A DNA stretch of 64,000 bases. Origin: Candidatus Latescibacterota bacterium. Its GTDB lineage: Bacteria > Latescibacterota > UBA2968 > GCA-2709665. The notes under the pieces were generated by a model. It ran no database searches. It had not been told where the DNA came from and worked only from the letters and a program-made list of their open reading frames with translations. How positions within the stretch are numbered: position 1 is the first letter of the stretch; each line of letters opens with the position of its first letter. The position numbers and the translations under genes are program-made. The DNA lies in contig OZ244937.1 of assembly GCA_965222075.1 (NCBI GenBank), forward strand, positions 3,968,001-4,032,000. Direction: 5' to 3'. Shown one piece after another: positions 39,865 to 49,335 of this stretch.

Positions 39865-40835
39865 GCATGCCTGAACTTCCACACCCAACTGAAGATCTCG
39901 AACAGGTCAAGACACAGCTCGACACGTATGGTTATGGTCTGCTTGCCCATGCACTGAATGCAGAGCATCTATCAAACATGAAAACCCGCCTGAAAGAACA
40001 GGCCATTGCCGAAAAGCAACGCGGACTCGCATTTGAAGACGGGGGTGCCAAACAGAACTGGGGCGATTTTCGAAACAAAAACGGGCAGGTGCGCGCCCGG
40101 GCATTTACGCAATCTGCAGGAGGCGTCAACCAGCGCGTGTGGATGCTGATCAACAAAGGCAAGGTATTTCGAGACATGCTTTCACACCCAGGTGTTCGCA
40201 ATATCGCAGACCATGCGCTTGGCAACGATTATTTGTTGTCGAGCCATTCGGCCAATATTGCCAAACCCGGCGGCGTAGCCATGCGCCTGCACACGGACCA
40301 GTGGTGGATGCCTATGCCAACGCGGCCGGACCGAACGCATTTGCCCGCGGGTTCGATTACCCGTGAGCAAACAGATGAAACCGATGCCGCATACATATGG
40401 CCGCGTGTGGTCGTCAACGTGGTCTGGATGATCGGCGATTTCACAGCAGAAAATGGCGGCACCCGTGTGGTGCCGAGCAGCCACCTTTGGGGACGACGCC
40501 CGGACAATCCCGATGACAACACAATCGAAACCACAGCCCTCGAAGGGCCGGCGGGCACGGTTGGATTCCTCGACGGACGCATCTGGCACGGTACAGGGGC
40601 CAATGTGAGCGATCAATTGCGCTGGGCCATTCTCACCACATTCTGTGGTCCCCAATTTCGTCCACAGGAGAACTTCACCGTGGGCACAGCCCCCGAAGTA
40701 CTGGCCAAAGCATCGCCCGATCTTCTGTCATTGCTCGGATTCAAAGTGTGGAATGCCTATGGCCGCGTCGAAAGTCCGGCAGTAGAATTTATCCGACCTG
40801 ATGAACAACCATTGGGCGAACTGCGCCCTGAGTAG
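39861..40835 (+). CDS. Phytanoyl-CoA dioxygenase (PhyH) family protein
   Basis: LHTDQ, ENGGTRVVPSSH and DGRIWHGTGAN. Confidence 0.9.
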   Translation: MSMPELPHPTEDLEQVKTQLDTYGYGLLAHALNAEHLSNMKTRLKEQAIAEKQRGLAFEDGGAKQNWGDFRNKNGQVRARAFTQSAGGVNQRVWMLINKGKVFRDMLSHPGVRNIADHALGNDYLLSSHSANIAKPGGVAMRLHTDQWWMPMPTRPDRTHLPAGSITREQTDETDAAYIWPRVVVNVVWMIGDFTAENGGTRVVPSSHLWGRRPDNPDDNTIETTALEGPAGTVGFLDGRIWHGTGANVSDQLRWAILTTFCGPQFRPQENFTVGTAPEVLAKASPDLLSLLGFKVWNAYGRVESPAVEFIRPDEQPLGELRPE

Positions 40836-40839
40836 TACT

Positions 40840-41220
40840 TCGACAGGAGATTCCAAATTGCATTGCCCGTGTATGGCGGGGAACATTAGACGCAATCGGG
40901 GCTGGCTATGAACTGCCGATCCTCTGCACACCCGAAGAACTGCTTGGAGATTGATTGCGATGAGGCAAATAAACGACAAAGAAACCACGGATGAGATTAT
41001 CCAGGAGACAAGAAGGATCAAAGAAGCCCTGGCAGAGTCTATGGATTTCGACCTTGATCGCATTATCGAAGAAATTCGAAAGATAAGAGATGCCCACGCG
41101 GCCAAGTTCCAGTTTGACTTACACGCGATCTGCGAAGACCTTCGCAAGAAAGAGAAGACCTGTGGTCACCCCATCGTATCTCTTCCGCCCAAACGTATTC
41201 TTAAAAAGCCGTCTGGGTAA
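40840..41220 (+). pseudogene. PIN toxin C-terminal fragment followed by a fusion of two small antitoxin-like genes
   Basis: GYELPILCTPEELLGD*, then DEIIQETRRIKEALAESMDFDLDRI fused to IEEIRKIRDAHAAKFQFDLHAICEDLRKKE, two homologous units in tandem. Confidence 0.55.
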
Positions 41221-41424
41221 AGTGCCATAATCAAACTGAAAGGTCCTGGGACCATCCGGCCGAAGACTTCATCAAGACGATAGTGACCACACGGGTAAGA
41301 CGTGCTATCTCTGGGGAGATAGCTTTGAAGACCATTTTCATAACCGATGCCGCCGTCCTGGCAAGTCTCCATCCGGCGCTACGGGCAAGCCGGACGCTGG
41401 CAACGGAGTTGAGCAACTTTGAGA

Positions 41425-42543
41425 ATGAAAACGCAAAAGGTGAAGTGTCTGGTCGTTTTGACGTTGGTTGTGATAGCTGCAATTGCCCATGCTGAGGGTT
41501 GGAGGGCAGCGCGTCCGGATTACGGCTGGTCGTTTCCACAGGATCATTGGGCGCGGGCGGGGTATAAGACGGAGTGGTGGTATTTTACAGGGCATCTGGA
41601 ATCGGAGGAGGGGCGGCGGTTCGGGTATCAGTTCACGTTTTTCAGGGTGGGATTGATGCCGCAGCGGCCGGCGCTGGCGTCGGACTGGACGAGCCACAAT
41701 TTGATTATGGGACATGCGGCCATCAGCGATCTGAGTTCGGGGCGGCACGTCTTCAGCGAGGTGCTCTACCGGGCGGTACCAATGCTGGGCAGGTTCGGAA
41801 CGTATCCGGATTCGCTGATTGCGTGGAGTCGGGCGCCGGCGGGAACGGACGGACGGTGGACGCTGCGGTGGAACGGAGAGGCGTTCGATTTTGCGATGGC
41901 GGACCGGAAGGCGGGGATGGCGTTTTCGTTTTCGACCCGGCCGGTCAAGCCGCTGGTGTTCCAGGGGCCGAACGGGTACAGCCGGAAGGGGACAGGGCCG
42001 ATGTCGGCGAGCCAGTATTACAGTTTCACGCGGCTGCTGACGGAGGGGACGGTGACGGTGGGGGGGGAGACGTTCGGGGTGCGGGGGGAGAGCTGGATGG
42101 ACAAGGAGTTCGGGTCGAACCAGCTTGCGGAACACCAGGCCGGGTGGGACTGGTTCAGCCTGCGGTTGGCAGACGGCCGGGAGGTGATGCTCTACCTGCT
42201 GCGGGATACGTCGGGGAAGGTCGATTTCGCGCGGGGGACGGTGGTGTCGCCTTCGGGAGAGGCGCACTACCTGGCAGCGGCGGACTTTTCGGTGCGGGCG
42301 ACAAAGCGGTGGACGAGCCGGGAGACGGGGGCGACCTATCCGTCGCGGTGGGTCGTGGACCTGCCCGGGGAAGGGCTGCGGATGGAGGTGGCACCGGAGT
42401 TGGCAGATCAGGAGAACCAAAGCCGGGCGGTGGGGTTTTACTGGGAGGGGGCCGTGCGGGTGCTGACGGGTGAAGGGAAGCGGATAGGTCGGGGCTACGT
42501 GGAACTGGTGGGGTACGGGACGAAGAGGAAGCCGGCGATATAA
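41425..42543 (+). CDS. AttH-like lipocalin-domain / carotenoid 1,2-hydratase family secreted protein
   Basis: Signal peptide; FPQDH, EWWYFTGHL, FGYQFTFFR, SWMDKEFGS, GWDWFS and YWEGAV. Confidence 0.9.
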   Translation: MKTQKVKCLVVLTLVVIAAIAHAEGWRAARPDYGWSFPQDHWARAGYKTEWWYFTGHLESEEGRRFGYQFTFFRVGLMPQRPALASDWTSHNLIMGHAAISDLSSGRHVFSEVLYRAVPMLGRFGTYPDSLIAWSRAPAGTDGRWTLRWNGEAFDFAMADRKAGMAFSFSTRPVKPLVFQGPNGYSRKGTGPMSASQYYSFTRLLTEGTVTVGGETFGVRGESWMDKEFGSNQLAEHQAGWDWFSLRLADGREVMLYLLRDTSGKVDFARGTVVSPSGEAHYLAAADFSVRATKRWTSRETGATYPSRWVVDLPGEGLRMEVAPELADQENQSRAVGFYWEGAVRVLTGEGKRIGRGYVELVGYGTKRKPAI

Positions 42544-42655
42544 AGGCAGGGATCAGGGTGGGGGCGCACGGCCGTACGCCTGCCTGCGATCTGCCTGCTG
42601 AAATTGTTCAGGGAGTTATACAGACGGATTCACAACCACCAAGGAGGGATAACGA

Positions 42656-43786
42656 ATGAGCAGCGACAGGGGACGCCGGATTTACGAGGAGATGGGCGTG
42701 AGGCCGATGATCAACGCCGCCGGGAACCAGACGGTGCTGGGGGGCTCGCGGCTTTCGCCTAAGGTCCAAGAAGCGATGGAAGACGCGAACCGGTACTATG
42801 TGGACATGGAGGAGATGCTGAAACGTTCGGGCGAAGTCGTCGCCGATATCCTGGGAGCGGAGGCGGCCCTGGTCACGCCCGGGTGCGCATCGGCGCTCGC
42901 GCTGGGTTCGGCAGCCTGCATGGCGGGCAGCGATCCGGAGAAAATGGAGCGGCTTCCCGATTCGACGGGTATGAAAAACGAGTTTCTGATTCAGAACAAG
43001 CAGCGCTACAAGTACGACCGCTGTGTGACCATTTTCGGGGGCAAGCTGGTGGAGGTTGGCGATGAGAATGGAACGACCGCTGCGCAGCTGGAGGCCGCTA
43101 TAGGCGATAAAACCGCCGGGCTCCTCTATCTCGCACCGGGAGGCGGAGAGGGCGTGGTGCCGCTTGAAGAAGCCCTGCGCATCAGCAAGGGGCGCGAGGT
43201 TCCCGTGATCGTGGATGCGGCGAGCCAGGTCTATCCCTTAGACCGGATGTGCGGATACATGCGCATGGGGGCCGACCTGGTGGGCTTTGGAGCGAAGTAT
43301 TTCGGGGCGTGCAATTCGACCGGGATTGTGTGCGGGCGCAAGAACCTGGTGGATGCGGCGTTCAACCACGGGTTCATCGGGTTCGAGACGGGACGGTGGC
43401 GCACGGTGGGAAGGCCGCTGAAGGTGGATCGGCAGGAAGTGGTCGCCGTTGTGGTCGCCCTGCGCGAGTGGTTTGAGATGGATCACGACGCCCGGTTTGC
43501 CGAACACGAGCGAAAGGCGCAGACAATTCAGGAGGCGCTGGAGGGGATCCCACACATTACCGTAACGCCGATTACGGATGCGCGGGGGCTGGGGAGCGGG
43601 CTGCGGGTAGCGCTCGACGAAGGGGCGCTGGGCAAGACCACCGACCAGGTCTTAGAGGCGCTGCGCTCGGGCAGTCCGGGCATCTGGATGTGGGACAACG
43701 GGAATGCGCTGAGCGTGGCCGTGCCCAACCTGACAGACGAGGATGTACAGGTTGTTGCCCAGCGGCTGCGGGAGGAGTTGGGGTAA
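42656..43786 (+). CDS. SelA-like PLP-dependent enzyme (DgaE-like)
   Basis: INAAGNQTVLGGS, VIVDAAS, FGAKYF and GRPLKVDRQE. Confidence 0.85.
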   Translation: MSSDRGRRIYEEMGVRPMINAAGNQTVLGGSRLSPKVQEAMEDANRYYVDMEEMLKRSGEVVADILGAEAALVTPGCASALALGSAACMAGSDPEKMERLPDSTGMKNEFLIQNKQRYKYDRCVTIFGGKLVEVGDENGTTAAQLEAAIGDKTAGLLYLAPGGGEGVVPLEEALRISKGREVPVIVDAASQVYPLDRMCGYMRMGADLVGFGAKYFGACNSTGIVCGRKNLVDAAFNHGFIGFETGRWRTVGRPLKVDRQEVVAVVVALREWFEMDHDARFAEHERKAQTIQEALEGIPHITVTPITDARGLGSGLRVALDEGALGKTTDQVLEALRSGSPGIWMWDNGNALSVAVPNLTDEDVQVVAQRLREELG

Positions 43787-43917
43787 AAGCAGGGGTCGGT
43801 AGGGGTGGGTCTATGTGTCCGGCCGGTGGGGCTCCAGGAAAGTCCTGGATTCCTCTGGGCGAGAAAATTTGCTGCTCATTTGTGCAGTTTCATATCCTTC
43901 CAACTGTCAGAAAACGC

Positions 43918-43946
43918 TTGACATATAGTGAAACGTTGCTTAAGTT
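43918..43946 (+). promoter_or_regulatory. Sigma70-type promoter upstream of the nurA-herA operon
   Basis: TTGACA-17 bp-TAAGTT in an AT-rich intergenic stretch. Confidence 0.55.
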
Positions 43947-44105
43947 TGGGACGAGTTAATTGAATTCAGTTAACATCAACATTCGGCCAGAGACAGAATC
44001 GATCGGTTCCTTCCATAAACGCTCCCCTTTTTGCCGGTTTTCCCCCTTCCGGCAGTGTTATTGCCACTTCTATCTTCTGTATTACCCTCTGGAGGCACCT
44101 TCCCT

Positions 44106-44660
44106 ATGCTGCAGCAGACCCGGCTCTATGTGTTTGCGGCTCCCAACAACATCCTGAGCGGCCGCGAACGGGGTAAAGAACACCTCGACAGGCTGATGGA
44201 CCACCTTCGCGAGTCCGATCCCGAGGCGGTGACCCCCCTCGATTTCTCCAGGATTGAATTTATCGATATCTCGTGCGCGGACGAATTTCTGACCAAGCTG
44301 CTGATGCGGATCGGCAGCGGGGAACTGGGCAACCGCTACGTCTACATCCAGGGGGCGAACCTTTCGGTTCGAGAGACGCTGGCGGCGGTACTGAGGCTGC
44401 GGGGGCTGGCCGCGCTGTTCAAGGAGGAAGACCGGGTGGAGGTGCTGGGCGAGTTGAAGACGCCCATCCGGGAGGCCCTGGAGGTGCTCTTGGAGAAGAA
44501 GAAGGGGACTTCCTCCGAGCTTGCCGAGGCCCTCCGGAAGAATGTCAATATCGCCTGCAACCGGCTAAACGCGCTGCAGCGGATGGGGCTGGTCTGCCGG
44601 GTGCGCGACATCAGCGTGGCCGGCGGAGGGCGGCAGTATTTTTACGAGTCGATTGTTTAA
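44106..44660 (+). CDS. STAS-like (DUF4325-type) domain plus winged-HTH protein
   Basis: LSGRERG...LDFSRIEFIDISCADEFL (STAS-like); TSSELAEAL...ACNRLNALQRMGLV.R...GGRQYFY (wHTH). Confidence 0.7.
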   Translation: MLQQTRLYVFAAPNNILSGRERGKEHLDRLMDHLRESDPEAVTPLDFSRIEFIDISCADEFLTKLLMRIGSGELGNRYVYIQGANLSVRETLAAVLRLRGLAALFKEEDRVEVLGELKTPIREALEVLLEKKKGTSSELAEALRKNVNIACNRLNALQRMGLVCRVRDISVAGGGRQYFYESIV

Positions 44661-44740
44661 ACAGCTGCGAGTCGTGAGTTGTGAGCAGCGAGTGGCGGGG
44701 TGGCGGTAGGTATTTCCAGAGTTTCGGTAAGGAGCGTTGG

Positions 44741-45949
44741 ATGCTCGATTTCGGCGTGCTGAAGCGGCAGATCGACCGGATGGCGGTTGAGCGGAAGAAC
44801 CTGGAGAACGACTTTTTCCAGCGGATCGATCTGGCCCTGTCGGAGATGGACAGGTGGGAAGGCCCATGGGAGGCGCTGTCGGATAAGATCGCGTCCAGCC
44901 GGACGTCCTGGCTGGTGGCCCGGCCTGCCGGACCCTTTGGGGAGGCCCATCCCGTGCCGGAACGCCCGGCCAGGGTGACGGTGATTGCGTCCGACGGGTC
45001 GCAGATCTTTCCGGACCGGCACGAGGTGTCGAACTGCTACCTGATCAACATCGGGTACGTGGCGATCCACTACGGCACGGGGGAGCGCCCGGTGATGGCG
45101 AGCCGGCCCACGCTGTTTTACAGGGAGGAGGACCTCTACCAGGAGTGGGCAGGGCGGCGCACGACTGTAACACGGGAGGTGGTAGGGGTGAAACGGGGGG
45201 CGATGGAGTTCGAACAGGTGGCCGCGCTTTCGGAAGCGGCGCGGGCCGAGGGACGGACGGTGGTGGGGCTGTCGGACGGGACGCTGATCCTGTGGATGCT
45301 GGAGGGAAAGCCGTACGATTTCAGGCGGCAGACCCTGCAGTCCTATCTCCCGTCGTTCGAGCGGCTGCGAAAGGCGAGGGCGCCGGTGGCCGGGTACATC
45401 AGCGATCCGGGCAGCGCAGATGTGGTCAACGGGCTGCGGGTGGGACTGTGTCCGGAAAAGCCGCCGGACTGCGACCGATGCCCCTGGAAGACGCTTGAGG
45501 CGCAGCAGGCTTTAGAGGGTAGAGCAGAGGTCGGAATCCCTTGCGAGCCGATTGCGGGGGTGACCGACGATATTCTCTATGCCCGCAGGCTGAAGAAAGG
45601 GGAGCGGAGCGGGGTGTTTGGCAGCGCGTCCAAGATTCTGGCGGATTACGGCCCGCACCGAATCTGCTTTTTTTACGTGCATACGGGCGTGGAGATCGCC
45701 CGCATCGAGATTCCCCTGTGGGTGGCTGAAGACCGCGAGCTGCTGGACCTGGTACACGCCACAGTCTGCGACCAGGCGGAGAAGGGGCGCGGCTATCCGG
45801 TGGTGCTGTCCGAGGCGCACGAGCGGGCGGTGGTCCGCGTAGCGGACCGGGATATTTTCTACAGGTTTTTGAAAGATACGTTCGTGCAGAACGATATCAA
45901 GGCGGAGGTGTCGCTGAAGAGTCTGAAGAAAATCGCAGCGTCGGTGTAG
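44741..45949 (+). CDS. nurA: NurA-family 5'-3' nuclease
   Basis: ASDGSQI, LSDGTL, RIEIPLW and GYPVVLSEAHERA. Confidence 0.88.
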   Translation: MLDFGVLKRQIDRMAVERKNLENDFFQRIDLALSEMDRWEGPWEALSDKIASSRTSWLVARPAGPFGEAHPVPERPARVTVIASDGSQIFPDRHEVSNCYLINIGYVAIHYGTGERPVMASRPTLFYREEDLYQEWAGRRTTVTREVVGVKRGAMEFEQVAALSEAARAEGRTVVGLSDGTLILWMLEGKPYDFRRQTLQSYLPSFERLRKARAPVAGYISDPGSADVVNGLRVGLCPEKPPDCDRCPWKTLEAQQALEGRAEVGIPCEPIAGVTDDILYARRLKKGERSGVFGSASKILADYGPHRICFFYVHTGVEIARIEIPLWVAEDRELLDLVHATVCDQAEKGRGYPVVLSEAHERAVVRVADRDIFYRFLKDTFVQNDIKAEVSLKSLKKIAASV

Positions 45950-45975
45950 TTTCACTTTATTTTTCGTGAGGCGTT

Positions 45976-46569
45976 ATGGATAGGGTCGAAACTGTTGTTG
46001 ATAAATACATCGGCGAGGTGATCGAGAGTTCCACGTCGCAGTTTCTGGCGGAGAGCCGGGAGTTGAACAGGGCGCCGCCGTTCGGGTCGTTTGTGAAGAC
46101 GAGGTCCGAGCCGACGATTTACGGGCTGGTGTTCAACGTGTGTACGTACTCGATCGAGCCCAACCGGCGGCCGACGGCTTACGGGAAGACCGAGCACGAG
46201 CTCCGGATGGAGCAGCCCCAGATTTTTGAGCTGTTGAAGACGGAGTTCGAGGCGGTGATTATCGGGTACCAGGACGAGAAAGGGCCACAGCAGGTGCTGC
46301 CGCCGCAGCCGCCGCACATCCACAGCTTTGTGTTTCCCTGCACGGAGGCGGAGATCAAGGCGCTGACGGGCAACGGGGATTTTATGCGGTGCATTCTAAA
46401 CGGCTGCCGGCTGCCGTCCGACGATCTGATCATTGTCTCGGTGCGCAACGCCTGGCGGGCCCGGGCCTTTGATATGCCCTACCTGGTGTCGCTGGGCAAG
46501 GACCTCTGCCGGCTGATCCGGGATGACTACGACCGTCTGAGTTCGATTATGCGGAGGGTGTCGCAATAA
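45976..46569 (+). CDS. HAS-barrel domain protein
   Basis: IGEVIESSTSQFLAES...PPFGSFVK...PPQPPHIHSFV, located between nurA and herA. Confidence 0.75.
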   Translation: MDRVETVVDKYIGEVIESSTSQFLAESRELNRAPPFGSFVKTRSEPTIYGLVFNVCTYSIEPNRRPTAYGKTEHELRMEQPQIFELLKTEFEAVIIGYQDEKGPQQVLPPQPPHIHSFVFPCTEAEIKALTGNGDFMRCILNGCRLPSDDLIIVSVRNAWRARAFDMPYLVSLGKDLCRLIRDDYDRLSSIMRRVSQ

Positions 46570-46684
46570 GACAGTCGCGGGTCACGAGTCTCCCTTCCCT
46601 GACCCCGGGCAGGCACGGGTGGGTGGGGTGGAAACTTGTGACTTTCGACCCGCGGCTCGTGAGTTGAGGAAGGAGTTCCGAAAA

Positions 46685-48352
46685 TTGGACGCTGACGGTT
46701 CCGGAAACGGCAGAGCAGGTCGCCGGAGCGAGATCGGGGTGATTACGAAGGGGTCGCTGACGGAAGGGGTGGAGATGAAGCTCAACCCCGACCGGAGCGT
46801 GGAGGACGTGAAGGCGGGGAAGTTCGTGGTGATCGAGGGGTTCAAGAATGAGTTTTTCTCGATGATTACGGATTTGAGCCTGGATGCGACCAACCCGGAG
46901 ATCCTGCTGTATCCGCCACACGATGGGGACCAACTCCTGCACAGCGTGCTGAACGGGTCGAGTACGTACGTGACGGTCTCCCTGCGGCCGATGCTGATGC
47001 TGGAAAAGGGGGAGCGGGTGGAAGATGACCACCGGCCGGTGAAGACGATTCCGAGCCATTTTTCCAAGGTGGTGGAGGCCGAGGAGGAAGATGTGTCCCG
47101 GGTGTTCGGGAGCGAGGCGAGGGATGCGCGGTATTTTAATATGGGGACGCCCTTGGATATGGAGACGCCGGTCTGCGTCAATCTGAACCGATTCGTGGAG
47201 CGGAGCAACGGGATCTTTGGGAAAACGGGTACGGGGAAGTCGTTTTTGACGCGGCTGGTGCTGTGCGGGCTGATCAAACAAAAAAAAGCGGTGAACCTGA
47301 TTTACGATATGCACAACGAGTACGGGTTCCAGGCCATGCAGGAGAGCGGATCGGGGAAAGGGGGGTTTGTGAAGGGGCTGAAGCAGCTCTTCGGCAACCA
47401 GGTGGCGCTGTTTTCGCTGGACCCGGAGTCGACGCGGAAGCGGGGACAGCAGCCGGACCACGAGGTCTATATTTCCTACAACCAGGTGGCGGTGGAAGAT
47501 GTGATCGCGCTTCAGGACGAGTTGCAGCTGAATCCAACGGCGGCCGAGTCGGCCTATCTGGTCTACGCGATGTACAAGAACCGCTGGCTACGGCAGCTGC
47601 TGTCGGTGGACGGGCCCGATATCGAGCAGTTTGCCGAGGATCTGGGGGCGAATAAGAGCTCGCTGTCGGCGCTGCACCGGAAGTTGAAACGGTTCGAGAG
47701 TTTTCCCTTTATGGTCGAGCGGCTGGACGGGTCCGATGCAGTGGATACGATGATGGACTACATCGACCGGGGCATTCACATCGTGCTGGAATTCGGGCGG
47801 CAGACGAGTATGCTGGCCTATCTGCTGGTGGCCAATATTATCTCCCGCCGGATCCACGAGAATTACGTGCAGAAGAGTGAGAGGTTCTACGCGACGCAGG
47901 ACCCCAAAGACCGGCCCCGGCACCTGGTGATTACGATTGAGGAGGCGCACAAGTTCCTGAACCCGGCTGCGGTCAAGCAGACGATTTTTGGCACAATCGC
48001 CCGGGAGATGCGGAAGTATTACGTGTCGCTGCTGGTGGTGGACCAGCGGCCGTCGGGCATCGACGAGGAGGTGCTGTCGCAGCTGGGGACGAAGATTACG
48101 GCGCTGTTGAACGACGAGAAGGATATCCAGGGGGTGCTGACGGGAGTATCGAACGCGGCAGGCCTGCGCAGCGTGCTGGCAAGCTTAGACTCGAAGCAGC
48201 AGGCGCTGGTGTTCGGGCATGCAGTGCCGATGCCGGTGGTAGTCCGCACGCGGGACTACGACGAGGCATTTTACAAAGCGATGGGAGACGTAGACGACCA
48301 GGAGAAGGCGGCGCAGGGAAAGGCGGCGGCAGCGGAGGTGTTCGGGGACTGA
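46685..48352 (+). CDS. herA: HerA-type ATPase/helicase (HAS barrel plus DUF87)
   Basis: GIFGKTGTGKS, DMHNEY, ITIEEAH, IAREMRKY and VDQRPS; start uncertain. Confidence 0.88.
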   Translation: MDADGSGNGRAGRRSEIGVITKGSLTEGVEMKLNPDRSVEDVKAGKFVVIEGFKNEFFSMITDLSLDATNPEILLYPPHDGDQLLHSVLNGSSTYVTVSLRPMLMLEKGERVEDDHRPVKTIPSHFSKVVEAEEEDVSRVFGSEARDARYFNMGTPLDMETPVCVNLNRFVERSNGIFGKTGTGKSFLTRLVLCGLIKQKKAVNLIYDMHNEYGFQAMQESGSGKGGFVKGLKQLFGNQVALFSLDPESTRKRGQQPDHEVYISYNQVAVEDVIALQDELQLNPTAAESAYLVYAMYKNRWLRQLLSVDGPDIEQFAEDLGANKSSLSALHRKLKRFESFPFMVERLDGSDAVDTMMDYIDRGIHIVLEFGRQTSMLAYLLVANIISRRIHENYVQKSERFYATQDPKDRPRHLVITIEEAHKFLNPAAVKQTIFGTIAREMRKYYVSLLVVDQRPSGIDEEVLSQLGTKITALLNDEKDIQGVLTGVSNAAGLRSVLASLDSKQQALVFGHAVPMPVVVRTRDYDEAFYKAMGDVDDQEKAAQGKAAAAEVFGD

Positions 48353-48516
48353 CCTGATGACAAGCGCTCCAGGTGAGCACTCTCCGGCAACGGAGTAGTC
48401 AGGGGGGCGCTTTTTTGGGGCAAGGTGTGCCTCTGTCCTCCGAATCCAGGTGCGTGGACAGCATTTATTTTACAGAAGGATAATTTAAACAGGAGCCGAA
48501 CAACCCTCTTCTCCCC

Positions 48517-49290
48517 TCATTCAGGTCCGGCCTTGTCCAGCCCGGGAAGAAGCACATATTTGACCCAGCCGAAATTCGGATCGATCTCGAGGGCCTTCTC
48601 AAAAGCCGCTCGCGCCAGGGCACCTTGATCCTGGTCCAGGTGGGCAATTCCCATCCAGGCGTAGGTCTCGCTGTGCCCCCAGACCGGCTGGAGTGGATCG
48701 GTTGGCCTTTCCCGGGCAAAGAGCGTCGCTGCCCGTTTGAATCCTTCCATCGCTTTTTCTTTGTTCCCTCCCCACATCCTGGGGGTGTTAAAATCGCCGA
48801 TGGCTGCGGCCAGCACCACGCGCGGATTGTCGGGGGCGAGCTGTTCGGCCTTCTCAAATGCCCGGCTCGACCTGGGTCCCAGCAGGATACCTTTTATAGG
48901 ACTCAAGCTGATTTGCCGTCCATAGACGCTGGAGAGCAGGGCATAGGCTTCGGCGGCTTCTGCATCGAACCGGGTCACCGTTTTCAGATGCTCGACGGCG
49001 CCTTTGAGGTGTGTGGAGGCCTGGTCTTTGTGGTCCTTTCCCTGATTTAACAGGAAGTTGGCGATCCGGTAGTCGGCCAGGGCCGTGTAGTAGTGGGCCC
49101 ACGCGGCCCGGAGGGTATCGGCGGTGGCACGTTCAAAGGTCGCCCGGGCCGCGAGCATCCGGTCGAGATCTTCCCCCCTCATCCCCGCTTGTAGCATCTG
49201 TTTTCCCCTGATAAGTAAGGTGTCAGCGGATTGTGCCAGAGCAGGAGACACGAGAGCGAGGCTGAGAGCGAGGAGAAGTAGACGTCTCAT
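48517..49290 (-). CDS. Secreted TPR protein
   Basis: Signal peptide MRRLLLLALSLALVSPALA; TPR-like helices. Confidence 0.8.
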   Translation of the reverse strand: MRRLLLLALSLALVSPALAQSADTLLIRGKQMLQAGMRGEDLDRMLAARATFERATADTLRAAWAHYYTALADYRIANFLLNQGKDHKDQASTHLKGAVEHLKTVTRFDAEAAEAYALLSSVYGRQISLSPIKGILLGPRSSRAFEKAEQLAPDNPRVVLAAAIGDFNTPRMWGGNKEKAMEGFKRAATLFARERPTDPLQPVWGHSETYAWMGIAHLDQDQGALARAAFEKALEIDPNFGWVKYVLLPGLDKAGPE

Positions 49291-49335
49291 AGGCGTTCCT
49301 CCGAGTGGATGGACGAGTTTCAGGTGCGGGGTGGC

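Noticed and set aside
28923-43786. Two SelA-like genes as selenocysteine machinery
   Set aside because: No selB, selD or tRNA-Sec is visible, and the sequences fit the catabolic SelA-like/DgaE group better.
44660-46665. Short 7-nt-period sequences between genes (gcgagtcgtgagttgtgagc, agtcgcgggtcacgagtc; also cgtccgtcgtccgtcgtc at 57203)
   Set aside because: Too short and degenerate to define an element.
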